Both the position numbers and the translations under genes were made by a program. DNA of 64,000 nt, taken from contig NC_043014.1 in NCBI RefSeq assembly GCF_006345805.1, positions 27,218,001 through 27,282,000 on the forward strand, in the 5' to 3' direction. How positions within the stretch are numbered: position 1 is the stretch's first letter; each line of letters begins with the position of its first letter. Source of the DNA: Octopus sinensis. Taxonomy: Eukaryota. Under the pieces are notes generated by a model. The model worked only from the letters and a program-made list of their open reading frames with translations. It had not been told where the DNA came from and did not search any database. Below are positions 27,156-40,602 of this stretch, in pieces.

Positions 27156-27952
27156 TGAGAGTATAAACCCAAAATAAGTGTAATATTTCTGAATAAATAT
27201 ACTTCATAAAGTAAAATGTAATCAAAACTGATAGAATTAACTGTAATATAAATGAACATTTTGAACCACGATTCAATTTTAATACCAGTAGAAGTGTTTA
27301 TAAGACCAGAATTCAATTCGATTAAAAAAGTAACTCTCTCACCTTCAACTGAAAACCAACGCAGGAAGCTTGTTTGAATTAGTTCACCTTGAAAACGTCG
27401 TAAGTGATGGACCCTTGATGAAATTGCAGCGATTAGGATGCATAATTACATAATAAAACAATGTGCATTTACTGCAAATTAAACATATATCTAGTCATTG
27501 TTATATATGCTGTAGAAATTTTTTTTATAAAAACATTTTGGATGTGAATAAATCTCCATTGTCCTCTTGGTTTTCACTTATATATCTGTGTGTGTGTGTG
27601 TGCGTGTTAAAGGAGAATTATAGTCGTTCTTTAAGCCTTTAAGGTATAACATTGCACCTAGCAGTTTTTATTTATTTTTGGATATATATATATATATATA
27701 TCAAATGTGAGGATAAAATTCCATTCGAAAAAAAATATTTTCTCGAAAAGAATTTTATCAATGGCCAGCATATTAAAAAATACCTTTAACGGTTAAATTT
27801 ATAAACAATTCATAAATGAGGGCAAAGGAAAAAAATTCTAATGCCAAATATGCCGAAAAATTGGACATATTGTCCATTAACCATATAATTTTTTCACAAT
27901 ACGCACGCTACTCGAAAAAAGGTCGACAGAAATTTTTTAAAAATTCCATTAT

Positions 27953-28010
27953 TACCATATCGGACCGATTTCAGAGTTAGCTACTAAGAGCCCCCTCTTC
28001 ATCAGTGATA
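27953..28010 (-). ncRNA. Type I hammerhead ribozyme, intact core
   Basis: UAUCA-CUGAUGA-AGAG...CUCU-GAAA-UCGG(U)CCGA-UA-UGGUA: stems I, II and III all pair, with an AUA cleavage triplet. Confidence 0.8.
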
Positions 28011-28543
28011 CATGTGGCAAAAGAAATAAATGAGATACTTACTCGCACCCACGGAAGAAGCAAATACTAAGTCATGGGCACAACTAAGTACCCCAAATAC
28101 ATCCAAAATAGAAATGCTCCAGCCCATTCGAGGCACGTGCGATTTGAACTGAGGCTCTCACAGAGTGAGTTAGTTAGTTCGAAAATTAACGCTTTAATTT
28201 ATATCAAATGTGAGGATAAAATTCCATTCGGAAAAAAATATTTTCTCGAAAAAATTTTTATCAATGGCCAGCATATTAAAAAATACCTTTAACGGTTAGA
28301 TTTATAAACAATTCATAAATGAGGGCATAGAAAAAATTCTAATGCCAAATATGCCGAATAAGCGTTCACTTCCGAACTAACTAACTCACTCTGTGAGAGC
28401 CTCAGTTCAAATCGCACGTGCCTCGAATGGGCTGGAGTATTTCTATTTTGGATGTATTTGGGGTACTTAGTTGTGCCCATGACTTAGTATTTGCTTCTTC
28501 CATGGGTGCGAGTAAGTATCTCATTTATTTCTTTTGCCACACG

Positions 28544-28601
28544 TATAACTGATGAAGAGGGGGCTCTTAGTAGCTAACTCTGAAATCGGTCCGATTTGGT
28601 A
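28544..28601 (+). ncRNA. Type I hammerhead ribozyme, inverted copy with weakened stem I
   Basis: UAUAA-CUGAUGA-AGAG...CUCU-GAAA-UCGGUCCGA-UU-UGGUA. Two substitutions relative to the minus-strand copy. Confidence 0.6.
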
Positions 28602-28757
28602 ATAATGGAATTTTTTAGAAATTTCTGTCGACCTTTTTTCGAGTAGCGTGCGTATTGTGAAAAAATTATATGGTTAAGGGACAATATGTCCAATTTTTCG
28701 GCATATTTGGCATTAGAATTTTTTTCCTTTGCCCTCATTTATGAATTATATATATAC

Positions 28758-29030
28758 AGGGTTATTCAAAAAGAATGAACCGATTTTATTGTGCATTTTA
28801 ATAAGGAAAAGCAGCAGAAAATTCCAGCTAAGTCACAAGTATTTACTCACAATCAGCTTTTATTTCCTGTCTTACAAATGTTCAATGTTGCCACCGCCTG
28901 TAGCACGGGTAACATCAATGCGATAAGAGAATTCTTCTCGGACGCGTTTCAGTATATCACGATTCACTGAGTTGATCGCTACTGTTATTTGATGTTTAAG
29001 GTCATCGAGGTTAGTGGGTAGAATGTGGTA
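28758..29030 (-). mobile_element. Tc1/mariner 3' fragment
   Basis: TAcagggttattcaaaaag TIR-like end. The minus frame ends ...ATGGGNIEHL*. Confidence 0.75.
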
Positions 29031-29499
29031 AAAAATGCTAAAATAATTTTATCATGAAGAACATTTTAGTACCGGTTTCAGACTTTGCGACTTTTTTAAC
29101 TTAGAGTAAGCATGAAAAGCAATTAAATTGTAGAAAAATTAAATCAAATGTTTTTTTTTTTAATATTTCCATAGTTTTCAAATATAAGGGACATTTTCCT
29201 TTTTTTTACCGTCTGTCCCCCTCTCTTTTTTACTCTTGTATGATAGTAGGTAGTAGCAGTCCTAAAAGAATATTTGATATGAGTTTTTGGTTTTGATTGT
29301 TTAAGCAGCAGTAGCCGAGGAAGGAGGCGGTGAGGAAGAAGAGAAGAAGAAGAAGAAGAAGAAGAAGAAGAAGAAGAAGAAAAATACGGGAGTGGTAGAA
29401 TGTTCGTAAATGGTCAAGTGGTCTAAAAGTGACCTGTTGTGGTTGTAATAGTAGTGATTGAAATTGTTCTGAATAAATTCATGGGTTGTGACTGTTCTG

Positions 29500-31790
29500 A
29501 ATATATCATTATTAATATTTGCGTGGGTATTATTCTAAGGCCCTTGTAGTACTGTCATCTGTGGTGGACGCATTCAAAAGGGGGTTATATTTTGTGATAA
29601 AATATGACACTTTGCTAATGCGCTGACTACAAGTTGCATCGTCCCTGAATTTATAGAAGGAAAAAATTCTGAAGCTGGGTTGTTCATTAATGGTGCAAAT
29701 ATCGATGTGTTCTCTGAATGCTATTTTTCTGTATTCCCGAATTTTAATATGGAATGTATGTAGAGCCATCCTTTGATATAGACGGCATTTCTTTCAACAC
29801 CCTGAGCAAGTTAATACATATATTAGGTTTTCCGAAGCACATGTGAAGTTGTTTTTCACTGTAATACGTTGACCCTGTTTGAAAGAACAGTCCGATCCCT
29901 CAATTATGTTGATGTATATACCACCGTTAGGTCTTGCGCATTTTTACTGACGGCTTCAGTGTTGATATCGAGTGTACTTGGGCTTGTGTTTGGAGACTTT
30001 TCATAGATTTGGGTTGTCTTTTGCTCTTTATGATGGTGTGCGTTTGGAGGATTAAATTCATTTTGTGGTCCCTTTTTAGTAGGGGAATGTTCTAGAGGAT
30101 AGTATCGAATGCTTCATTGTTAAGGGGATTGTGTGTGGAGGGTATGGTAGGGCTTTTGGTTGTAAATCCTTCTTTAGTTTGGTATGTCTGAGTTCGTGGG
30201 TGTTGAGTTGTAGGGCACGTTGAAAGCCTATATCAATTAGTGATTGTGGGTAGTTCCTGGTAATGAGTAACTCCTTTAATTCATGTAGTCGTGTGTCCCG
30301 GGTGCTTGTATTAGAAACTATAATACAAATCATTTTTGCTAGGATGAAGGGGATATTCATTCTAGTGTGTCTGGGATGGCATGAGTTGAATGGTAGATAT
30401 TGCTTGGGGTCCGTGGGCTTATAGTGCATATCTGTTTCTATTTTTTTGTTGTTGGATTTCTCAGTGAGGATTTCGAAGAATGGAAATTGTTGATGGCTAC
30501 ATTCCATCGTAAATTGAATGTTTATATCAAGTTCATTTATAAGTACTTGAAATTCTTTAAGTCTCTCTATACTTTCATGTCAAAGAATGAAACAGTCATC
30601 CAGATACCTCTTCCAGTTATTTTCTATTAGAGGGAGAATGGGTTGCCGTATTTTTCTAGTACCTTACGATAAAGACTGATTTCTAGATATCCCATGACTA
30701 GGTTATCAAAGGAGGGGGCCATTCCGGTACCCAGCGCAGTCCCCGATTTTTGTCAATAGAAGTTGTCTTTGAAGACAAAGTAGTTATTCTCCAAGATGAA
30801 TTTTAGCCTTTCTATTACGAATTCTTTTTGATGTGATGTGGGAGTTCATTGGAGAAATACTCTTGCCAGAATTGAATTGCCTCTATTCCTAGGCTGTAGG
30901 GGATATTAGAATAGAGGTTGACCACATCGAATGATACTAGTAGGGTGTTTTTATTTATTGCTTTAGGGAGGTAATTGAGTATATCTAGGTCGTCCCTTAT
31001 GTAGCTTTTGATATTCTTAAGGAACGGTTCTAAGAGAGTATCTAAAAAGTTACAGAGGCGGTGGGTTTCGCATGCGGGACCTGCTATTATAGGTCTTAAT
31101 TTGAGGTCATTAGGAGTAGGGACCTTGATTATTATATCTGTGGCTATCCTGCATGCGTTACTTATATTCTTACTGTTATGTATCTTAGGAATAGCGTAGA
31201 ATCGACTGGATTTACTTTTGAAGTTAGTCATATAATTGTATTCCTTGTCGGTGAGGCCTTCTCTGTATAGGTTTAACATAATCTTTAAGTTTCTCATTAT
31301 TTTCTGCTGACAGTAGTGTTAGACCTTTTCATATGTTGTGTCTTATAATTATATAGTATACCGTGTCCATTAAGACAACTGCATTCCTTTTATCAGCCTC
31401 TTCAATTGTTATTATTTTATCATCTTTTAATTCGTTCAGCTCGGCCCATTCTTTTTTTGCTGAAGTTTGGCTTGTGTTTCTGTTTGTGTATATGTTGATA
31501 CGGGTAATTCATGATGTATTCACAAAAATGGGCAAGAATTTTGTTCTTACCTTTTGAAGGGATGTAGTTACTTCTATTTCGGACTAACGATTCGTTCTCG
31601 TACTTGTCGTACAGCTCCTCAGAGAGTTGTAATTTTCTACAGAATTCCGCAACGTCTACATTTATTTCGTTGTAGTTGGGGCGTTGGGGGTGGGGAGTAA
31701 ACTAGAGCCCTTTGGAAAATATGTCGATTTGGTTTGCTGTTAATTCTTTGTGAGTTAGATTGATTATTTTTATCACTTTTGGTTCCTCCT
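29500..31790 (-). mobile_element. Penelope-like retroelement (RT plus GIY-YIG endonuclease), decayed
   Basis: FYAIPKIH...LRPIIAGP...LVSFDVVNLYSNIP, GTALGT near 30740, YKPTDPKQYLPFNSCHPRH, and FTCASENLIYVLTC near 29850. Stops and frameshifts present. Confidence 0.92.
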
Positions 31791-31975
31791 GACTGTCTGG
31801 TGCTTTACGTAGGATGTGTGCGGTGCCTAGTAGTGCTATTTTCTTTATGTTATATATGCTAGTAGTGTTATTTTCTGACTGTTAATATCCTCCTCCCCTC
31901 CTCCTCCTCCTTCTACTCCTCCGCCTCCTCATCATCATCATCATCGTCATCGTCGTCGTCGTCGTTGTTGTTGTC

Positions 31976-34900
31976 GAGGTAGGACATGTTTTTCAGAGCT
32001 CCGTCGGTTTGAAATTTGTTATTCTTCAAGTTTATTGACTGTTTGTTTGTTGGTTTTTGTTTTCCGAACCCCTTTTTGTATGCTGAAGGGGTTCTTTTGT
32101 TGAAAATTTCTCCCTTTTAGGGGCGAGTTTTGGACTTTTTGTCCATTTAAAAAAATTTTTTTTCGTTTGACGAAAAAAACAAGATGGCTTCTTCTGACGA
32201 GTGGAGTGGCAGTGACTGTTCTGACGGCCATTACAGTCAAGATTTTCCCCCTCTAAACAACACAATCACGAGCAGCGATGCCAACACAACCACCACCATC
32301 AACAACAAGAAAAAAATATAGCAAACCAAGAAATTGTTCCTGAAGAAGAGAAGGAGGAAGAAAGAAAAGAAATAAAAACAATGACATTGACACCATAAGC
32401 ACGAACAGCAAATCTAGCGGCAACGGTTTCACCTCAGCAGCAAAGCAAAGAGTTGTTGAATTTAACAAAAAATGAACTACAAATTGCAAAGGAGTTGTTA
32501 AGGAAGGAAGGAAGGAAACAATATCTTCCTTAGCACTCCTCAGGAATTAATAAAGGTGACGGATCGAAAATCAGTAATATAGAGAGTTTTAAACATCAAG
32601 AAGAAAAGAGTGGAACGAGCCAGCCAGCAACAGTTGGAAATGGCCCTCAGACCGATTTGGACCAACAAAACCTATGTGACAAGAGGAAAGCGCTTCGGCA
32701 CGGTGGAAGTGAGTTTTGCTACAGAGAAGGAAACAAGACAGCATTCCCCTGTTCCCCTATAAACAGAAGAATTCCAGCTCGTGCCGACATACCTTGGTCG
32801 GCGCGTGACGAAAATTAAAATTAGGGAGGTACTCCCCGAAGTAAATGTATGCTGGCTAGTGGCGGCGATTCTTTATTATATAGAGGACACCGCCAATATA
32901 CTGGAGGTGCATAAATTGCATCAACAAAGCTGGACGTGTCAGGGATTAGAGCTTCTTGTTCAAATTGAACAAGAAGCCATAAATTCTATACCAGACGGCA
33001 CGAGACTTTACGTGGACGTCGAGGGCAGGCGGCCAAGATGCTACTTTTGTGGGTACGACCAGCAGCTCAAGGTTGACTGCCCCATATACAAAGAAATGAT
33101 AAAAAAAGTAGCAAGCGTCAACAGAAGCAGGGGCGCCTCCAGTGCAGCAGCAGAAAGCAACAGTGACGCCGCCTCCAACAGTCGCCAGCGCACCACCAAA
33201 ACCGGGTGGAGTCGCGCCGCAAGCCGAAGTAGCAGAGCCGGTCGGATCATCACCAACAATACCAGTCGGAGTACAACCACCACCAACACAACAACATATG
33301 AACACCACCAAAAAAAGGAACAGCCAGAGAATATCCCCCTTCCCGATCAAAACAACTCGGACTGTTCGAACATTGAGGTTGTGAAGGTGGAGTGGCAAAC
33401 AGTTACCCCCCAAAAAAGAAAAACAAAGAGAGTGGAATAAAAGAGGAGGAAATACCCAACAGCAGCAACACACACACACAACAACCAACAACAACAACAC
33501 CAGCACTACTACCTTAAACACCAACATAAATAGACTGCACAAACACAACCAACCTCACAGCTATCGACACCGACAACATAGACCTAGTGAAATACCTTAG
33601 ACACCACAATGGAAGACTTTATCTTTCCAACACACAATGCAACATCACCACGCATACAGATTTTAAAACTACAGCAGGAAACACACAACGCTTTGAAAAT
33701 AAACTTTCCAAATGGTGTTGGGTCTTTCCAAAAGACTTTCAACAAAAGACTGTACAAAAACCTCGTGGAAACGCCCACAACAAGGACCAAGGGAACAACA
33801 CTGCCATACAATAATGGTATGTTTGCAATGGTCATGCTCAGAATAGGTTATGTAAATGTCAGAGACCTCGGGTCGCCTTGGTAACAAGGTCACCTTTTAA
33901 ATGACCTGAGGTCTCTTATTGTAGATGTTGCAGCCATTAGTGAATCCAGACTATCCGACCCACGGGACCTCATCACTTTTTTGGTAGATACAAGATCTAC
34001 CTATCTCCGTGTCGGCCGGTGGTGGTGCTGTGGTGCTTTTCTGGAAGGGTCTGGATTTGAAAATAAAGGCAGTCTTCCTGGATCCAGAAGGTAAGTTGGT
34101 GGTCCTAGATGTGAACAGTAGTGACGGCAGTGCTTTTCGACAGGGGCAAGGCAGTCTGATTACTTCAATCGTCTGGAGATTTTCCTGGGAACGTCTCGGA
34201 CTTTAGTATTAGTAGGAGATTGGAACTCTGTCTTGGATGGATGTTTCGAATGCGTGGGAGTATCTGATAGGAAAGTAGGATGCAAAAGTCTCAAAAATCT
34301 GCTCACACGTTTTCAGTTGTGTGACAGGTACCGACTAGATTACTTGAATGTGCCAATGTGAACTTGGACAAACCGCATTGGATCATCTAGATCGTATCTT
34401 GATAGGGTATTTTGTAGGCCAGAGGACAAGGATAGCATAGGATGTCCACAATTTCACATGGTCGGCTACACAGACCAGATATTTGTGATCTGTACGGTCG
34501 ACTTAGATAGGCTTCATTGGGTCACGGTTACTGGAAGCGGAACACGTCGTTACCGGCATGTCAAGCTTACAGAGACCGGATTAGCGAATTAGTTAATCGG
34601 TCGTTGACGGGTGCAATTGTCAACAACTGGTGGTTTGATCTTAAAAGGACAATTAGAGTAGAATCGATTAGGTTTATCAAGGCATTAGCGGTAGAGAGAA
34701 ATAGAATAGAGGGAGATTTAATTAGTAAGTTAGATGAGGCGCTTAGGACAGGCATCGCAACTGATTTGTTGGCAGCCAGATTGGCCCTCGATCAATTTTT
34801 CGACGCCAAACACGAAGGCTGCGTTGTCAGAACTAACGCATATTCACTAAGCGGGAAGGGAAGGGAAGGGAACGAAAGCGTCACGATGGGCCCGCGTGGA

Positions 34901-37400
34901 GGAGGCGAAAAGTGGAAATAAAGCAGCCACCATTTGGTCTTTGGTGGACCAGAACGGATGCGTGGTGTTCGAGCCGAAACAGATGTGTGCGGCTTTTCAG
35001 CGGCACTTTGCTCGACTGTTCAGGACGAATGGTAGGACGGATAACAGGGCAAACTTCGGTGTCTACCTGGATTGCCTGCTACGACTCTTGTCGAGTGAGG
35101 CAGAGTGTTACGAAAGGCTGATAACAGCCGAAGAAATGCAGGAAGCGAGGAAGAGTTGTACGAAAGGTAGATCGCCGGATTTGGATGGTCTGCCCTACGA
35201 GCTTTATACTTCGATGCGAGACTTGTTTGCGGGCCTCTCAGCAAGCGTCTACTGTAACTAGCAGCAAAATGGGACAATTCTCACTTTTGCCTGTCAAGGG
35301 GTAGTGGTACTGCTGAGAAAGGGGGACGTTATAGAGAATTTCAGGCCCATCACACTGCTCAATGCAGAGTTGAAGATTTTGGCCAATGTGTTAGCCAAGA
35401 GATTGGCACTTGTCGTGGACAAACTGGTTAGCTAGGCGCAAATTTGCGCCATCCCTACCAGGAGTGTTCACAATAACCTCCACCTTATGCGCTACATAAT
35501 AGAGAGGGTGGGTTACGAAGCTGGCATGGGTGGAGCTCTAATCAATTTAGATCAATCTAAAGCTTTTGATAGGATCGACATCAATATTTGGCGGCTCTCC
35601 TCAGGGCAGCCGGTTTTGGTCCAGCTTTCTGCGGTTGGATCGCTGCTTTATACAGCGGCATCTGCTCGGTTATTCGGGTGAATGATTACCTGTCGGAGCC
35701 ATTATAGCATCTTGCATTCGGTCCGTCAAGGGTGCCCTCTCTCTTCCCTTCTCTATGTACTGACTCTTGAGCCATTACTGCAGACGTTGGAAGCTTTGAG
35801 GGGTGTCCCCGTGATCTTGGATGTGGGAGAAGTGTGTCTGCTTACGCTGATGATGTCACCGTCATAGTGTCGAACCACAGGTATATGGCGAAACACTACA
35901 GGAATATGAAAGGGGACAGATGCTAAAATTAACGCGGAAAAGTCAGTGGGCTTGCAACTCAGAACCTGGAAAGGCAAGTCCATGCCGTCCAACAGCGTTG
36001 TGGGGCGCTGGACAGACGGTCCCGTCAAGTTACTGGGAGTTTGAATTGGTCCAGACTACCAGGTGGAGAAGAACTGGGACGAGGTGGTGAGCAGGGTAGC
36101 CAATCTCACCAGAAAGGGGCCGACAGAAAGCTGTTCCTGAAAGGTCGAGCGGAGGTGGCGAATACGTACATTGCATCCGTCATCTATTACCGCTTGACTG
36201 TCGTCCCTTGCCCTGTTTGCTGGTTGACCAAGCTGGTGCGCTTACTTACTCTTCTGTGGAGGGGGCGCGTTCCACTGGTCAGACGCTCCATCTGCTGTCA
36301 ACAGCCGCTGAATGGAAGGCTTTGTTTGTCATGGTTGCTGATGCGCAGACATGCACTGAGGTTGCGGCATCTCCAGCGTTTCCTTGACAGTGAGCAGGTG
36401 TGGTCACCGTTTGTAAGACGCTTTTCCACAGCTCGTCTCTTTGACTGAGTTGCAATCCTGGATTAGGCGTAGACTGAGGAGGGGTGCTAGTCTCCTCGAG
36501 TGCCGTCAAGCGCTCACAGTCTTCCGTCAGGCGGACAATGCGGTCGCTGATAGTTCTATTCTAGCGTTCTATACAGGGCTACTGGAGAGAAAGTGCGACG
36601 ACGTTCTCGGGGTAACTCTGGGCGTCGATGAAGATCAACTAACCGTTCTGTTTTGGAGAACTTTCGGGCCTGGGCCTATGGATAATTTCCAGAAACCCCT
36701 TGCCTGAGAGTGCTACCGATGGGCGTTACGTGTTCGAGATAAACTTTACAGCCGGGTCTGTCCGAGCTGCACCCAGAACGATGAAACCGTTCTGCACGCC
36801 CTCGTCCAGTGCCCGAGTATTGCTGACCTGTGGGTTTATGTCGAACACCTGCTGTCGCGTGTAGGACGAATCCGGTTATCAGCTGAATCCATTGTGAAGA
36901 TTGCTCCTCCGCCCTCTTTTGGCCGGGAGACGAAGGCAATTTTTATTTGTCAAGTGGCTGTAGCGAAATGGTGGACCAGTTTGAAAGGACTAAAGACAGG
37001 TACTTTCCTCTTTGGCCATGCCCTCATCAACTTTTTCAAGTTTCACTTGAAAAGGAAGTTGAGGGTGGAGAAAGAAGTGTTGCCTTCTAGCAAGTTTGTT
37101 GAAAGGTGGATGAATATTGGAAGAATGGCCAGTGTGAAAGGATCAATTCGGAGCGTGCACCTGTAAACAAAAGGAGAAGGGCTCTTGCTCTGTTGTTCAG
37201 GCTCCCGTAACTTTTGTGGGGTTTTTCACGAGGTCCTTAATGTGCCTCCCCAATTGGGATTTTTAAATTGTTTAATTTTTAATCGTTATATATACAGTTT
37301 ACACGTTGTTAAACCCATTGTATCGCCTTGTTTTTGTTTTTTATGTTATCTCTTAATGTAATTTTATGTAAGCCCTTGTGGCCAATAAACGAATTAATTT
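31976..37400 (+). mobile_element. Near full-length L1/Tx1-clade LINE (ORF1 zinc knuckle, APE, RT), decayed
   Basis: ORF1 CYFCGYDQQLKVDC. APE motifs YVNVRDL, LVGDWN, SYLDRVF. RT motifs SPDLDGLPYELY, FRPITLLN, LDQSKAFDRID, VRQGCPLS, AYADD. AATAAA at 37384. Trinucleotide tracts on both sides. The 5' boundary is approximate. Confidence 0.9.
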
Positions 37401-37404
37401 ATCA

Positions 37405-37441
<37 letters not shown>

Positions 37442-37524
37442 CATTATTATTATTATTATTATTATTATTGTTATTGTTATTATTGTTGTTGTTGTTGTTG
37501 TTGTTATTATTATTATTATTATTA

Positions 37525-37555
<31 letters not shown>

Positions 37556-37556
<1 letters not shown>

Positions 37557-37957
37557 GTGGTAAGTAGCTTGCTAACCAACCACATGGTTCCGGGTTCAGT
37601 CCCACTGCGTGGCATCTTGGGCAAGTGTCTTCTGCTATAGCCCCGGGCCGACCAAAGCCTTGTGAGTGGATTTAGTAGACGGAAACTGAAAGAAGCCCGT
37701 CGTATATATGTATATATATATATATGTGTATGTGTGTGTTTGTGTGTCTGTATTTGTCCCCCTAGCATTGCTTGATAACCGATGCTGGTGTGTTTACGTC
37801 CCCGTCACTTAGCGGTTCGGCAAAAGAGACCGATATAATAAGTACTGGGCTTACAAAGAATAAGTCCCGGGGTCGATTTGCTCGACTAAAGGCGGTGCCC
37901 CAGCATGGCCACAGTCAAATGACTGAAACAAGTAAAAGAGTAAAAGAGAGTAAAGAG
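37556..37957 (+). mobile_element. tRNA-derived CORE-type SINE
   Basis: gtggtaag...gggttcagtccc A/B boxes, cttgggcaagt core, gagtaaaa tail. Further partial copies near 18700, 22140, 49790-50117 and 61260-61395. Confidence 0.9.
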
Positions 37958-37960
37958 TAT

Positions 37961-38440
37961 TGCCTTTGCACAGCTTCTAACGCTGGAGATGTATTACAGA
38001 GTCAGCTGTTCACTACCAGTGAACGAAGGTAACACTCCTTATTTTTCGAGCACCTTCCGGAGTATTCGAACGGTTCCAAGCACTGCTGTTTTCTACAAGT
38101 GCTCCACCCTTATTGCAGCCCCTATTTGTTCCACGTACTTCTTGAGATTTTTGCTATATTGTCGTGGCGTCTCTTATATTCCTTCTGGGCATGTGGCGTA
38201 CATTGGCTGGTAATATGCCATACGGTTTCACCGTTTTGTCCACATATTCTGCACTTATCACTTTCTGCTGTGTTGTCTATTCTGTATTTTATGTAGTTTG
38301 TTCTTAGTGCTTGCTCTTGGACAGCACAGATTAGAGCACCCGTTTCTGGTTTTAAATCACATTTAGTCATCCACAGCCATCTTTTTTCTCTGTGTGTCTT
38401 ATCTTCAACATATCTATGAAATTGACCATGCATTCTTGTC
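37961..38440 (-). mobile_element. R4/Dong-type (RLE) non-LTR 3' fragment, family E
   Basis: ETGALICAVQEQALRT...CRICGQNGETVWHITSQC...YKRRHD. The 3' UTR is shared with 48012-48350. Confidence 0.88.
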
Positions 38441-38787
38441 ACAATAAAAGCACTGGTAATTGCGCAACCTGATAATCGCTACTTCATATGAGTGACAATG
38501 AAAAAACAAAATATTGTGAATAACGGTGGTAATGAAACTGAAGCCAATGGTGGTAAGTGTTACACCCGGTAGGCTCAGAGATTCTGGTCCGGCTCCATCC
38601 TGTTGATATCCAAAAAGGGACCACCTCACACGGCGTAGATGGAGCAAGAAAATTAATGCTGTGGTCATGGAGTGTTACTACCTGAGCAGCCAGGTAGATA
38701 AAAATGGTGCTCAAATTAGGGGTCACCGACAACGTATGTATGATCATTGGAGAGAAAAGGGATTGTTTCAACTGACGGAACAGAGAT

Positions 38788-38790
<3 letters not shown>
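38441..38790 (+). mobile_element. R4/Dong-type N-terminal fragment, inverted relative to its neighbour
   Basis: RRRWSKKINAVVMECYY...RGHRQRMYDHW...LTEQRL resembles the N-terminal region of R4-clade ORFs. Confidence 0.65.
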
Positions 38791-38840
<50 letters not shown>

Positions 38841-38857
38841 TTGTTATTATTATTATT

Positions 38858-38897
<40 letters not shown>

Positions 38898-38917
38898 TAA
38901 TAATAATAATAATAATA

Positions 38918-39180
38918 TATAAAGGACTGAAGTAATTCCTTCTGAAGATATAGAGTCAAAATTATAAGAAGAGTGCCATTGTTATCTAGTGAACGATATT
39001 TAGACATTTTCTTTTAATTTTGACTCTATATCTTCAGGAGGAGTTACTTCAATCCTTTATATATTAACCAAAATGAAGTAGATTGACAAAATTATTTTTT
39101 GAACCAGTTGAAGACACACAAGATGTCGAAATATCGTTCACTAGATAACAATGACACTCTTCTTTTAATTTTGACTCTAT
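38918..39180. repeat. Nested foldback with a degenerate hammerhead-like motif
   Basis: 38918-38972 is the reverse complement of 39014-39063, and 38948-39001 is the reverse complement of 39129-39180. TGAAGA...CGAAATATCGTTCA lies at 39108-39140. Confidence 0.7.
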
Positions 39181-39188
39181 TATTATGA

Positions 39189-39320
<132 letters not shown>

Positions 39321-39321
39321 C

Positions 39322-40602
39322 ATTCAGTAGTTTTATTTTTATAGCGTGCTTTCACTTCACTACCGAGCGCAGCTCTGTGTGCCTTGGGTATGTACTGTGA
39401 TTTGTTGTGATGCTCTGATGGTTATTGTATGGAAAGTGTTCTGCGTAGGATGTGTTCAGTGCCTAGTAGTGCAATTTTCTGTATGTTATATGTGTTTGTA
39501 AGTCCTGGTGTTTTTGTTATGTATTTGTCTGAATATTTTTTTTATCATGCCTAATGCACCTACTTATGATAGGAATTGTTTCTGTTTTTAGATTCCACAT
39601 TCTGGTTACCTCTATTTCCAGGTCTTTGTATTTTGAGAGTTTCTCCATTTCTTTTAGAGAAACGTTGTCATCTGCCGGTATTGATACATCAATTAGAAAG
39701 CATTTTTTTTCTTCATGATCTCTGACAACTATATCTGGTCTGTTGGCCTTAATTTCTCTATCTGTGTATATCGGCATATCCCAGAGTATGGTTGCTTTCT
39801 CGTTTTCTGTAACCTTTTCTGGTGTGTGCCTATACCATCTTTTTTCTGTTGTTATTCCATAATGTTGGCATAGCTTCCAGTGTATGTAGGTTCCAACTCT
39901 GTCATGTCTGTGAATATATTCCTTCTTAGCCAGGACTGGGCAGCCAGAGATAATATGATTTATTGTTTCTTGTCCATCTCCACATATTCTGCAGTTACTT
40001 GTTATATCTCTTTTCATTACATGTTTTTGGTAATTTCTGGAGGCCTTGGTCTTGTGCTGCAATTAAAAATCCCTCTGTCTCTGCTTTGAGTCCTGAGCTT
40101 CTCAACCATTGCTGGGATTTTTCTTTGTCTATTTTTTTTGCGTTTAGTTTAGTCCAGTATTTACCATGAAGGGGCTTTTCTTGCTATCGTTTTATCATGG
40201 TTCGTTGCTGTTCTATTTTTAGTTTGGATTTCATTTGTTTTATAGCTTTTGTTGTTTCTTCATCTTCTTCTTCTTCATATTTATTAGGTGGTATGATTTC
40301 TTGTTTGTATTTGTCAGCTTCCTTAAATACTGAGAACAGTTTTTTGTTTTTCTCGTGTTTTGCCGCTATTTGTATCAGTTTTCCTTCATTTTGAAGTAGA
40401 TATATTTGCAGTCCTATGGTGGTTATTTTATAGTAGTTTTCCAGTTGCATAAGGCCTCTACCACCTTCTATACGTTGTATATATAGTCTTTCTATGTCAG
40501 ATTTTGGGTGATGCATCCTAGATCCTGTCATTATTTTTCTTGTTTTCCTATCTATTTTGGTCAGTTCATTTAGTGTCCAGTTAAGGATATTGTAGCTGTA
40601 AC

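Larger units (their letters stand above)
27697..28748. mobile_element. Tandem-plus-inverted repeat element (A-B-A-B'-A') with two hammerhead cores; Penelope pLTR or retrozyme-like
   Basis: 27697-27858 repeats directly at 28200-28358. 27808-28193 is the reverse complement of 28361-28748. Flanked by TA runs. Confidence 0.85.

Noticed and set aside
37556-37615. tRNA gene
   Set aside because: The A/B boxes belong to a SINE head; there is no full cloverleaf and a repeat body follows.
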